Below are positions 21,523-31,790 of a stretch of DNA of 64,000 bases, in pieces. Numbering within the stretch: the first letter of the stretch is position 1; each line of letters starts with the position of its first letter. Both the position numbers and the translations under genes were made by a program. Location of the stretch: positions 462,382-526,381 of the forward strand of contig CAWDUG010000014.1 in the NCBI GenBank assembly GCA_963805435.1. Reading direction: 5' to 3'. This stretch comes from an uncultured Gammaproteobacteria bacterium (GTDB lineage Bacteria; Pseudomonadota; Gammaproteobacteria; Steroidobacterales; Rariloculaceae). Under the pieces are notes generated by a model that ran no database searches, was not told where the DNA came from, and worked only from the letters and a program-made list of their open reading frames with translations.

Positions 21523-22397
21523 CTAGCCGGGCAGTGGGCGCACGTCGACCGCGACGGCCACCTGGTGCGCGCCGCCGCCGACGATGAAGCCGTTGATCGG
21601 GCTCACGTCGCCGTAGTCGCGGCCCCAGCCGACGGTGATGTGCTCGACGTTCGGGATCAGATTGTTCGTGGGGTCGAAGTCGACCCAGCCGTCGGGGCCG
21701 GCCCAGACCGACAGCCAGGCGTGCGACGCGTCCGAGCCCACGAGCTTTTCCTTGCCCTCCGGCGGCCGCGTGAGCAGGTAACCGCTCACGTAGCGCGCAG
21801 CGAGGCCGAGGCTGCGCAGGCATGCGATTTGTAGATGCGCGAAGTCCTGGCACACGCCGCGACGCATCGCGAACACCTCGCGTACCGGTGTCGACACGTC
21901 CGACACGCCGCCGCGGTACTCGAACTCGCGGAAGATACGGCTCGGTGAGATCCATCGCCGCCGCGAGAATCGGTCGACCAGGCGTGAACGACACGCGCGC
22001 GTAGTCGTAGACCTCGTCGCTGCCCACGATGTGCGGCGACTCGAAAGAGAACTCGTAAGCCTCGAGCGCGGAGTCCGTCGCGAGCCGGCCGCGTACTTCC
22101 TCCCACGGCTCGCTCGATTCGAGCACGAGCGGTACGGCCGTGGGCCGAACCTCTACGCGCGAATGCGCGTCGACGACGAGCCGCTCGTGGGGTTCCTGCA
22201 CCGTGAGGTATTGAACCGGGTTGCCGAAGTAGTCCTCGCCGTTGCGAGTCCACGGCCGGTGATGGATCGACGACCATTGCCGCGTCGATGGTCGTCTGGC
22301 GCGGATGCTGTCGCGGCGTCAGGTGCAGAACGTGGTGCGATACGGACACCACGTCCTCGTACGTGAACGTGGTCTTGTGGCGGACGTCGTAGATCAC
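21523..22397 (-). pseudogene. Transglutaminase-like protein (Bact_transglu_N + transglutaminase core); frame broken twice
   Basis: GTG 22397 overlaps the upstream stop (GTGA). Three frames join if one base is dropped near 22245 and 21940 (VIYDVRHKTTFTYE.. / ..EDYFGNPVQYLTVQEPHERL.. / ..RIFREFEYRGG..). Cys/His/Asp set: GVCQDFAHL, SHAWLSVW, VDFDPTNN. Confidence 0.85.
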
Positions 22398-24932
22398 CGC
22401 GGGCCCTCGTTGCGCCGCGCGCCGCCGACGCGCTTCGGGGAGGAGTGGCTGAAGAACCGCTCCGCGATGTGATCCGACAGCTCGAGCACGTCGCGATCGA
22501 CGCGGCGCGAGAGCCGGTCGAGCTCGACTCGCGTTTCGAAACGACCCACGCTGGCACCGAGCTGTACCGGGTCGACCAATCGCAGCTCTGTCGCAAGCCG
22601 CGTTGCGACGCGCTGATCGAGCGTCATGAGGCCTTCGTCTGCGTGGTTCGGCAGGTGCGCGATGTGCTCGGTCAGCGTCAGGATCTGATACACCGCGGAG
22701 CGCGGATTCGTTTCGTCGCAGAGCAGGAGGTCGAGCACGGCCGGCAATTGCGGCGCCGCATGATAGCGGCCGCGATACGTGATCGTGCTGTCGGCGAGCT
22801 CGAGCAGCAATTCGAGCTGGCCGTCGTTCGGCGCCTCCGGTCGGACAGCAAGCTGCTGGAGCAAGTGGATCATCCCGCGCGTACGCTCGAGCCGGCGACC
22901 CATGTCGAGGAACCGCCAGCCGTAGCCGTGCGTCATGTTCTCGGAGACCATGCCGTTGAACGCCGCCAGATACTGAATGAGCCGGTTCAGCAGGCGCAGC
23001 GCGTCGTCGGTTTCGTGGCCGGGCGACAGCTCCGACGAGTTTCCGATCTCGGTCAGGTCGTGCAGAATCCTGAACGTGTCGAACGACAGCCGCTCGCGTA
23101 CGGCGTCGGCGTTGTCCCGGACTTTGCGGAGCACGGTCGCGAGGCCGTCGCGGCACTCGGGATCGAACAGGATCGTCCACAACTCGCGCTCGACGGCCTC
23201 GCGGCCTTCCTGCATCGCGCGGCGGCCGCGGCGCACGGACAAGTGCTTCTGCACGATCAACATCGAGACGACGCGCTCGGGCGACACGAGGCTCCGGGTC
23301 GAGCCCATCTCGCCGCCGAGCCGGATCACGAGGCTGCGGAATAAGCGCACGGCGCCCTCGGCGCGTTCCGTGTAGCGGCCGAGCCAGAACAGGCTGTCGG
23401 CCAGGCGGCTCGGCAGGTCGCGACCGCCGCGATGCAGGCGCGGATTCGCTTGCCGCTGCGCGAGCAGGCTGAACTGCTCGACGGGCTGATCGGACAGCAC
23501 CCACGTGTCCTTGCTGACATCGCCCGCTTCCAGCCAGGGCGCCAGCGGGTCGGAGCCCTGCGCCACGCGTGTGAGGCCGCCGGGCATGACTTGATAGCCT
23601 TCCCCGGTCGCGGCGACGTAGACACGCAAGGTGACAGGCGCGGCCTGCAGCGAGTTGGCGCTCGACCATACGGGCGCCGTCGACAGCGCCGCCGATTCCT
23701 GGCCGATGAAGTCGTAGCCGTTGCGCTCGATCTCGCGCACGAGCTGCGCGCGCGTTTCGGGCGTCATTGCCGGCGTGACGAGCCCGCCTTCGCCGGCGGC
23801 CAGCAGGTTGCGCGCCGAGCTGATGCGCCGCACGACGAGCCGGTCGAGATTCTCGAGCACGTATGCGCGTTCGCGCTCCTGGCCGCACCACCACGTTGCG
23901 ACACTCGGCATTGCGAGGTCCTCGTCGAGGAAGTGGCGACGAGAGACTCGGCAGAAAACTCAGGAACGCGTCGCTTTCCACGAGGCCGCTGCCGAGCGCA
24001 TTGCCGATCGTCACTCGGCCGGCGCGTGCGGCCTGCAGCAGGCCCGGCACGCCGAGCAGGGAATCGGTGCGCAGCTCGAGGGGATCGCACAGCTCGGCGC
24101 TGATTCTGCGCATGATCAAATCGACCGGCTTCAGCCCGTCGACGGTCTTCATGAACACGCGGTCGTCGCGTACGGTGAGGTCGGAGCCTTCGACGACGCT
24201 GAAGCCGAGATACCGCGCGAGATACGCATGCTCGAAGTAGGTTTGTGCGGACGGGCCGGGCGAGAGGAACACGGCTTGTGGCTGATCGCGGCTCGACAGC
24301 GACAGGAACCGGTCGCCGAACGCGCGAAAGAAGCTCGCGAGCCGGCGCACGTTGCGCTCGGCGAACAGCTCGGGCAAGCACTGCGATGCAACGACGCGGT
24401 TCTCGAGCGCGTAGCCCGCGCCCGACGGCGCCTGCGTGCGGTCGCTGAGCACCCACCACTGCCCGTCGGCCGAGCGCGCCAGATCGAACGCGACGAAGTG
24501 CAGGTGCAAGTCGTCGCGCACGGCGATGTTCTTGCACGGTCGCAGGTACTGCGAGTTGCCGAACACGAGGCCCGGCGGCAGCAGCTTCTCTTTCAACGCA
24601 CGCTGCTCGCCGTACAGATCCACGAGCAGGCGGTTCAGCAGCGTGGCGCGCTGGATCACGCCTCGCTCGATCGCACTCCATTCGGCAGGGTCGATCAGCA
24701 GCGGAAACAGGTCGAGCCGCCACGGGCGTGCGTTGTCGCGGTCGCCCTGCGGCACGAACGTGACCCCGTTTTCGCGCAGCAGGCGCTTGGCCTTGTCGTG
24801 CGCAGAGCGCGTCGACTCGCTGCCCATGGCGGCGAACGCCTCGAGCACCGGCTGCCAGCGCGGCCGCACCGCGCCTTCGGCGGTCGAGAGCTCGTCGAAA
24901 GCGTTGGGGGTGCGCTGGTAGGACTCGAGCAA
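22394..24932 (-). pseudogene. Circularly permuted ATP-grasp (type 2) fused to an alpha-E domain; one frame break
   Basis: The first ~330 codons of ORF 21786-24932 and ORF 22394-23911 join if one base near 23943 is dropped (..DAFLSFLPSL/RRHFLDEDLAMPSVATWWCGQ..). The N-terminal half is paralogous to the 482-aa ATP-grasp at 29337-30785. The C-terminal half (LADSLFWLGRYTERAE...) is paralogous to the alpha-E gene at 28336-29340. The start is uncertain: TTG 24932, or ATG 24984 with a further frame break. Confidence 0.8.
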
Positions 24933-25021
24933 TTTGGCTTCAGCCGACGCGTAAGCGTTCGGTGCGGTAGTTGGTGGCCGACATGATCCCCGATGCTTAC
25001 CCGTCCGTGGCGGATTCTACT

Positions 25022-28000
25022 TCAGTGCGACCAGCGCAAATCGAGCGTATGCGGCAGCTCGGGGCGCGTCAGTGACTGCGGCTCAGGCCCCAAGCCCGGC
25101 GTATGCCCGAACGGGAAGAACCGCGCGAGGCGCCGGCTCTCGGCTTCGTATGCGTTCACGGGGAACTCGTCGAAACTGCGGCCGCCCGGATGCGCGACGT
25201 GGTAGGTACAGCCGGCCACGGCGCGCCCGGACCACCGATCGTACAGGTCGAACGTCAGCGGCGCATCGACCGGGATCGTGGGCTGCAAGCTCGACGCCGG
25301 TTGCCACGCGCGGTAGCGAACGCCCCCGGTGTACTCGCCGGCCGTGCCCGTGCCCGTCATCGGAACCCGCCAGCCGTTGCAGGCAATGACATAGCGTTGC
25401 TCGTTGAAGCCGCGCACTCGCACCTGCATGCGCTCGAGCGACGAGTCGACGTAGCGAACGGTGCCGCCGACCGCGCCTTCCTCGCCGAGCACGTGCCACG
25501 GCTCGAGCGCCTGGCGCAGCTCGATCTCCACGGCGCCGTATTGCACGCTGCCGTATAGCGGAAAGCGGAATTCGTAGTGGGGCGCGAACCAGCTTACGTC
25601 GAGCGGATAACCCGCGCGGTTCATGTCGTCGATGACGTCGGCGAAATCGTTCCAGACGTGGAACGGCAGCATGAACTTGTCGTGCAGCTGCGTGCCCCAG
25701 CGCACGAGGTCGCCGCGATACGGCGTGCGCCAGAACCGTGACGACGAGCGAAAGCAGCAGCACCTGCTGCACGAGGCTCATTTGCGGGTGCGGCGGCATC
25801 TCGAACGCGCGGAACTCGACTAGGCCTAGCCGGCCCGTCGGCCCGTCCGGGGAGTACAGCTTGTCGATGCAGATCTCCGTGCGGTGCGTGTTGCCGGTCA
25901 AGTCGATCAGGAGATTGCGGAACAGCCGATCGACGAGCCACGGCGGTATGGGGGAGAGCGCCTGATCCGCCTGTTTGAACGCGAGCTCGAGCTCGTGCAG
26001 CGAATCGTGCCGCGCCTCGTCGATACGCGGCGCCTGGCTCGTTGGGCCGATGAACAGCCCCGAGAAGAGATAAGAGAGAGAAGGATGATGCTGCCAGTAC
26101 GTCACGAGGCTGCGCAGCAGGTCGGGCCGACGCAAGAAAGGGCTGTCCGCCGCGCGCGCGGCGCCAAGCACCACGTGATTGCCGCCGCCCGTGCCCGTGT
26201 GCCGGCCGTCGACCATGAACTTCTCGGTCACGAGCCGCGAATGGTGGGCGTCGTCGTAGAGCCCCTCGGTAATCTCGCGCATCTCGTCCCAGCTGCCGGC
26301 CGGTTGCACGTTGACTTCGATGACGCCGGGATCGGGTGTGACCTTGATGAGGTTCAAGCGCGGGTCGCGCGGCGGCTCGTAGCCCTCGAGATGAACCGGC
26401 AGGTCGAGCTCGGCCGCTGTGTCCTCGACCGCGGCGACGAGGTCGAGGTAATCCTCGAGCTCGACGACGGGCGGCATGAACACGCAGAGGCGCCCATGCC
26501 GCGGCTCGACCGCGATCGCGGTGCGCGCTGCCTGGCCCGGCGCGGAACGCTGCGACGTGCCGCGCTCGCGGCGAGCTTCGCGCTGTTCGCCGCGCAGAAA
26601 CGGCTGGCGCAGCGGATGCGGCTCGGGCAACTCGCCATGCTCGTCGAAGGGGTCCGACGGAATCACATACGGATACTCGAGCTGCGAGATGTACGGCAAC
26701 GACGGTAGCGGTAACCGGAAACCGAGCGGCGAGTCGCCGGGCATCAGGAACAACTTGCCGGATCGCGTGCTCCAGTGTGCCGTGTTCCAGCGGCGCACGT
26801 CTTTCGCCTGCGCGTTCCAGCGTTGCACGGGTAGCACGTAGCCGACGGGCTTGCCGAGCCCTCGCTCGAAGACGCGCGCCAGACGCGCGCGCGTCATCGG
26901 GTCGTCGAGTCGGTTCGTCGCGGTCTCGAGATTCTCGGGCAGCCTGCGTTCCTGGCCCATGAAGTGCCAGGGGTCCTCGTACGCGGCGGTCACCGCTTTC
27001 ACGTCGAGCTCGAGCCGGCTCGCGACACCGCGCAGGAACTCGCCGGCCTGCTCGGCCGTGACGCCGTAGTCCTTTTGTTCGGCCGCCACCAGTGCGGCGT
27101 TTTGCCACAGCGGCTTGTCGTCGCGGCGCCAATATAAGGAGAAGGCCCAGCGCGGCAGCTGCTCGCCCGGGTACCACTTGCCCTGGCCGTAATGCAGCAT
27201 GCCGTGCGGCGCGAACCGCGTGCGCAGGCGCTGAATCAGGTCGGCCGCGAACTTGCGTTTCGTGGGCCCCACGGCCGCCGTGTTCCACTCGGCCCCGTCC
27301 GGATCGTCCATCGCGACGAACGTGGGCTCGCCGCCGATCGTGACGCGCACGTCGTCGGTCTCGAGCTGCCGCTCGACCTGGCGGCCGAAGGCGTCGATCG
27401 CGCGCCACTGCTCTTCGCTGTACGGCTTCGTCACGCGCGGCGATTCGACGATACGGCGCACGCCCATCGTGTGCTTGAACTTCGTCTCGCATTCCTCGAT
27501 TGCGCCGCTGATCGGCGCGGCGCTCACAGGATGCGGCGCGCACGCGAGCGGAATATGGCCTTCGCCCGCCCAGAGACCCGAGGTCGGATCGAGGCCGACC
27601 CAGCCGGCGCCCGGCAAGTAGACCTCTGCCCACGCGTGCAAGTCCGTGAAATCGTGGTCCGTGCCCGACGGCCCGTCGAGCGATTTCACGTCGGCCACGA
27701 GCTGGATCAGGTAGCCCGAGACGAACCGCGCAGCGAGCCCCAGGTGCCGCAGCAGGTGCACGAGCAGCCAGCCACTGTCGCGGCAGGAGCCCGAGCCGAG
27801 CGTCAGCGTCTCTTCGGGCGACTGTACGCCGGGCTCCATGCGGATCGTGTACTGGATTTCCTGCTGGAGTCGTTGGTTCAACTCGACGAGGAAGTCGATG
27901 GTGCGGGTCTTCGGCTTGCGGCGCAGCTCGGCCACCCACTTCTTCACGAGCGGCCCGGCCGGTTTCACGATCAGGAACGGCTCGAGGTCCTGCTTGAGCT

Positions 28001-28325
28001 CGCGCTCGTACGCGAACGGAATCTGCTCGGCGTCGGGTTCTAAGAAGAAGTCGAACGGATTGCGCACGGCCATGTCGGCGACGAGGTCTACCTCTACGCT
28101 GAAGTGGTCCACCTTCTCCGGGAAGACGACGCGCGCCAGGAAGTTGCCGTTCGGATCCTGCTGCCAGTTCAGGAAGTGGTTGGGCGGCTCGATCTTCAGC
28201 GAGTAGCTCACGATGGGTGAGCGGCTATGCGGTGCGGGCCGTAACCGTATGACCTGCGGCCCCATCTGGATCGGTCGATCGTAGTCGTAGCGGGTGAGAT
28301 GGTTCAGTGCGACGTGCAGGGTCAT
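25022..28325 (-). pseudogene. Large transglutaminase-family protein (Bact_transglu_N + transglutaminase core + DUF2126-type region, ~1100 aa); one frame break
   Basis: ORFs 25083-28325 (first ~860 codons) and 25022-25705 join if one base near 25736 is dropped (..[26 protein letters not shown]..). Cys/His/Asp set: [28 protein letters not shown]. The DUF2126 assignment is my recognition. Confidence 0.8.
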
Positions 28326-28335
28326 GCGGGGGGGC

Positions 28336-29340
28336 TTAAGTCTGAGTCTGGGTTTGCGAGGCAGATGGCGGGTCTTTGGGGCGCTCGGCCGTCCGTTCGG
28401 GCATCGCGCTCGCGGAGGGTTGGAACCAGGTCGCGTCCACGAGGCCGTGGAGCTCGCCGAGCGCCAGTTGCGCGTCGTCGATCCACTGATGCAACCCCGC
28501 GAGATCGAGCGTCAGCAACTTCGGGCGAGCCAACATCCGGCGCAGCTCGCCGAGCTTTTTCAGCGCTTCGCCGTTGCGAGGCAGCATCGCGAGGGCGGCG
28601 CCCAGCTCACGAAAGCTAAACGCAATGGCGCGTGGAAACTGTGCGTTCGTTAGCAGATACGCGATCACGTCGGGTCCGTGGATCCGGCGGCGCACCTGCT
28701 GTCGATACATCTGGTACGCGCTCAACGATTGCAGCACCGCCATCCACAGCGCGTTGTCGAACCGCGCGAGATCTTCGCGGTTGAGCAATGTCGCGGCGGC
28801 CACGTCGATGATGCGCGTCGTCATGTCGGCGCGCTCGACGCTTCGGCCCACGCGGAAGAAGTGGTACCCCGCGTCGTGGCTCATCGTGTCGGCCAGCAGG
28901 CCGCTGATTTGCTGGCAGCCCTCGACGACGCGCGAGTGGATACCGTAACGACGCCGGTGCGAAGTGTCGGCGTCGAGCTCCTGGCTCACATACATGTAGA
29001 GCTCGTTCACGGACCGCCAGGCCTCGGATGGCACGACGTCGCGCGTCGTGCGAATGCTCTCGCGCGCCAAGCGGAGGGACGCACGCACCGAGCTCGGGTT
29101 GTCGCGGTCGGCGACGAAGAAGCGTTCGGCCGTGTCGACGCTCGGGTTCGGGTACAGCTCGCGGTACAGTTCGGCGCCGCCCGTGATCTCGATCAGCCCA
29201 TCCCAGCCGAGCCTGGCCTGCCGCGGCAGATCGAGCAACAGGTTGCCGTACACGCGCGCGAGCCGCGACGTGGTCTCGGTGCGCTCGAGATAGCGCGCGC
29301 TCCAGTAGATCCGCTCCGCGACCCGCGACAGAAGGCTCAT
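28336..29340 (-). CDS. Alpha-E domain protein (334 aa)
   Basis: Real start is ATG 29340 ([22 protein letters not shown]...) inside the 681-aa ORF-track entry 28336-30381. It forms an ATGA overlap with the stop of the upstream ATP-grasp gene. Confidence 0.8.
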   Translation of the reverse strand: MSLLSRVAERIYWSARYLERTETTSRLARVYGNLLLDLPRQARLGWDGLIEITGGAELYRELYPNPSVDTAERFFVADRDNPSSVRASLRLARESIRTTRDVVPSEAWRSVNELYMYVSQELDADTSHRRRYGIHSRVVEGCQQISGLLADTMSHDAGYHFFRVGRSVERADMTTRIIDVAAATLLNREDLARFDNALWMAVLQSLSAYQMYRQQVRRRIHGPDVIAYLLTNAQFPRAIAFSFRELGAALAMLPRNGEALKKLGELRRMLARPKLLTLDLAGLHQWIDDAQLALGELHGLVDATWFQPSASAMPERTAERPKDPPSASQTQTQT

Positions 29341-30785
29341 GATTCGAGCGCCACGATCCAGGTGTCCTTGCTGCCGCCGCCTTGCGACGAATTCACGACC
29401 AGCGAACCGCGGCGCAGCGCGACGCGGGTGAGCCCGCCCGGCGTGACCCAGATGTGTTGGCCTTGCAGGATGAACGGTCGAAGATCGAGATGCCTCGGCT
29501 CGATCTCGTCTTGAACGAGCGTCGGCGCCGTCGACAAGGCGAGCACGGGCTGCGCGATGTAGTTGCGCGGATTTGCCTCCACCGCGGCCGCCATCGCGGT
29601 CTTCTCTTCCTCCGTGGCGCGCGGGCCGATCAACATGCCGTAGCCGCCGGATTCGTTCGCCGGCTTCACGACCCAATTGCCGAGGTCGGCCAACACGCGC
29701 CGCCGGCTGTCCTCGTCGCGCAACAGCAGCGTCGGCACGTTCGGCAGGATGGCTTTTTCGCCGAGGTAGTACTCGATGATCTTGGGCACGTAGGCATACA
29801 CGACCTTGTCGTCGGCCACGCCGGCGCCGGGCGCGTTCGCAAGCGCGACGTTTTGCGCGCGCCAGGCGCGCATGATGCCGGGCACGCCGAGCGCCGAGTC
29901 CTTCTCGAAGCATTCGGGGTCGAGGAAAGTGTCGTTGATGCGGCGGTAGATCACGTCGACGCGCTCGAGGCCGCGAATCGTGCGCATGTAAACGCATTCG
30001 TCGTCGGCCACGACGAGGTCCGGGCCTTCGACGAGGTCCACGCCCATTCGCTGCGCGAGATAGGAGTGCTCGAAGTAGGCCGAGTTGTAGATCCCCGGCG
30101 TCAGCACGACGACGCGCGGCATCTCGACCTTGCGCGGGCTGAGCGACGCCAGCATGTCGAACAGCCGCGACGCGTAGTCGTCGACCGGCAGAATCGACGC
30201 GTGCTTGAACATCTCCGGGAACACCTGTTTCGTGATCGCGCGGTTCTCGAGCATGTACGACACGCCGGATGGCACGCGCAGATTGTCCTCGAGCACGTAC
30301 ACCGTGCCGTCGCGGTCGCGGACGAGATCGGAGCCGCAGATGTTGGCCCACACTCCGTGTGGCGGATTCGCGCCGATGCATGCGGGCAAGAAATTTGCGG
30401 ACGTCGCGATCAGATCGTCGGGCACGACGCCGTCACTGATGATCTTGCGGTCGTGGTACAGGTCGTCGATGAAGCGGTTCAACGCCGTGAGCCGCTGGAT
30501 CAAGCCACGCTCGATGTGCAGCCACTCGCTGACCTCGATCGTGCGCGGGATCACGTCGAACGGCCACGCGCGATCGATGTTCTGGCCCTCCGTGTAGACG
30601 GTGAACGTGATACCCAGCTCGGCGATCGCACGCTCGGCGTCGCGCTGGCGCTCGGTCAGCTCGTGCACGCCAAGTGAGGCGAGATAGCTCGCAAGCCGCT
30701 CAGCCGCCGGGCGCGCCTGGCCCGGCGAGGCAAATAGCTCGTCATAAAAGGAGGTCGGTTTGTATTGGGTCCAGTCGATACGCAT
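29337..30785 (-). CDS. Circularly permuted type-2 ATP-grasp protein (482 aa)
   Basis: Intact ORF, MRIDWTQYKPTSFYDELF... The length and sequence pattern match the COG2308-type family by my recognition. It is paralogous to the N-terminal half of 22394-24932. Confidence 0.8.
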   Translation of the reverse strand: MRIDWTQYKPTSFYDELFASPGQARPAAERLASYLASLGVHELTERQRDAERAIAELGITFTVYTEGQNIDRAWPFDVIPRTIEVSEWLHIERGLIQRLTALNRFIDDLYHDRKIISDGVVPDDLIATSANFLPACIGANPPHGVWANICGSDLVRDRDGTVYVLEDNLRVPSGVSYMLENRAITKQVFPEMFKHASILPVDDYASRLFDMLASLSPRKVEMPRVVVLTPGIYNSAYFEHSYLAQRMGVDLVEGPDLVVADDECVYMRTIRGLERVDVIYRRINDTFLDPECFEKDSALGVPGIMRAWRAQNVALANAPGAGVADDKVVYAYVPKIIEYYLGEKAILPNVPTLLLRDEDSRRRVLADLGNWVVKPANESGGYGMLIGPRATEEEKTAMAAAVEANPRNYIAQPVLALSTAPTLVQDEIEPRHLDLRPFILQGQHIWVTPGGLTRVALRRGSLVVNSSQGGGSKDTWIVALES

Positions 30786-30888
30786 GGTTTTTCACTCACC
30801 ATACGCGGAAAAAAAAGGGGCGTCGACTTGCGAAAATGGTGCGATTTCAGGGCGCTGAGCCCCATTCTGGTGCCCGTCGCGGAGCCCG

Positions 30889-31533
30889 CTAACGTGCGCG
30901 GACCGACAGTTCCATCGCGTCGCCGACAGGCAGCATCGCCGACACGTAACCGTGCGCCGGATCGCGCACGTACGCGAGGTACTCGCGGAGCACATCGGGA
31001 AACAGATCGAGATCGTCCGCGACGATGAGCGCGCCGGTTGCGAGCGAGGGCTCGAGCATGCGCAGGAACGGCAGGTAGAGCTCCTTCCAGCCGTCGAGGA
31101 ACGCGACCGATATGCCCCCGGTCAAGTCCTTCAAGGTCTGTAGCGCGTCGCCCTCCCGCAGATCGACGAGATCCGCGAGCCCCGCGGCGGCGATATATTC
31201 GCGAGCCCGGGCGGCTTTGCCCGGATGCAACTCGGTCGTGATCACCTGGCCTGCACCACGATCGCGCACGGCCGCCGCGAGATAGATCGTCGAGATGCCA
31301 AACGAGGTGCCGAATTCGACGAACGTGCCGGGGGCTGCGCTACGCGCGAGCACGTACAGCAGGCGGCCTGCATCGGCCGACACGGGGATGAACGCATCGT
31401 CGAGCAACGAAGTGCGCTCGACGCCGCGCTTACCGCGGGCCTTCTCGAGCAGGGGTGGGTCGTCGCGGTCGGCGGAGGCGTGCATGTCGTCGAGTACGCG
31501 GCGGACGCGGGGATCGTAAAGCGTTGACAGCAT
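30889..31533 (-). CDS. Class I SAM-dependent O-methyltransferase (family 3, caffeoyl-CoA-OMT-like)
   Basis: Intact 214-aa ORF with SAM motif I (TFVEFGTSFGISTIYLA) and later blocks VAFLDGWKELY and GALIVADD. Confidence 0.7.
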   Translation of the reverse strand: MLSTLYDPRVRRVLDDMHASADRDDPPLLEKARGKRGVERTSLLDDAFIPVSADAGRLLYVLARSAAPGTFVEFGTSFGISTIYLAAAVRDRGAGQVITTELHPGKAARAREYIAAAGLADLVDLREGDALQTLKDLTGGISVAFLDGWKELYLPFLRMLEPSLATGALIVADDLDLFPDVLREYLAYVRDPAHGYVSAMLPVGDAMELSVRAR

Positions 31534-31790
31534 GAAACGACTAGACCACGCGGGCGGCGGGTGGGCAAGCGCGCCGCACTTCGCATTTACGCAAGTTCAG
31601 ACCCGAGCGTCGTGGTGTTCGACGCAGTTGCCATCATGGCGCCAGGACGGTAACAACTGGTGGCAGCGGTGATAGCGGTAACATCCGGTCCGTATTGGCC
31701 TATACTCGGACGCACTAGAAGAACCATTCGGGTCGGGACCACGCGGCCCGTTACGGTGAGAATCCGCTGACGATCGACCTGGGGGGGTTC

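Noticed and set aside
21786-24932. 1048-aa ORF that looks like one giant protein
   Set aside because: Only its first ~330 codons (the ATP-grasp part) and a short stretch near 22397 (VIYDVRHKTTFTYE) are meaningful. The remainder is Arg/Ala/Pro-rich out-of-frame read-through, which stays open only because of the high GC content. The real genes occupy other frames (22394-23911, 21428-22201, 21523-21906).
25621-27939. 772-aa ORF, together with many other long Arg/Ala-rich ORFs (for example 14662-15780, 3909-5075, 16xxx-17xxx antisense, 56065-57312, 56601-58055)
   Set aside because: These are alternative-frame or antisense ORFs inside well-supported genes. They have low-complexity, GC-driven composition and no recognisable motifs, which is the typical high-GC artefact.
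28336-30381. 681-aa ORF overlapping the ATP-grasp gene
   Set aside because: The N-terminal ~347 aa are an out-of-frame reading of the ATP-grasp gene. The real alpha-E gene starts at ATG 29340, which forms an ATGA overlap with the upstream stop.
30809-30816. A8/T8 tract considered as an intrinsic terminator of the O-methyltransferase gene
   Set aside because: No stable GC stem lies directly adjacent to the T-run on the coding strand. It is kept only as an observation within the flank finding.
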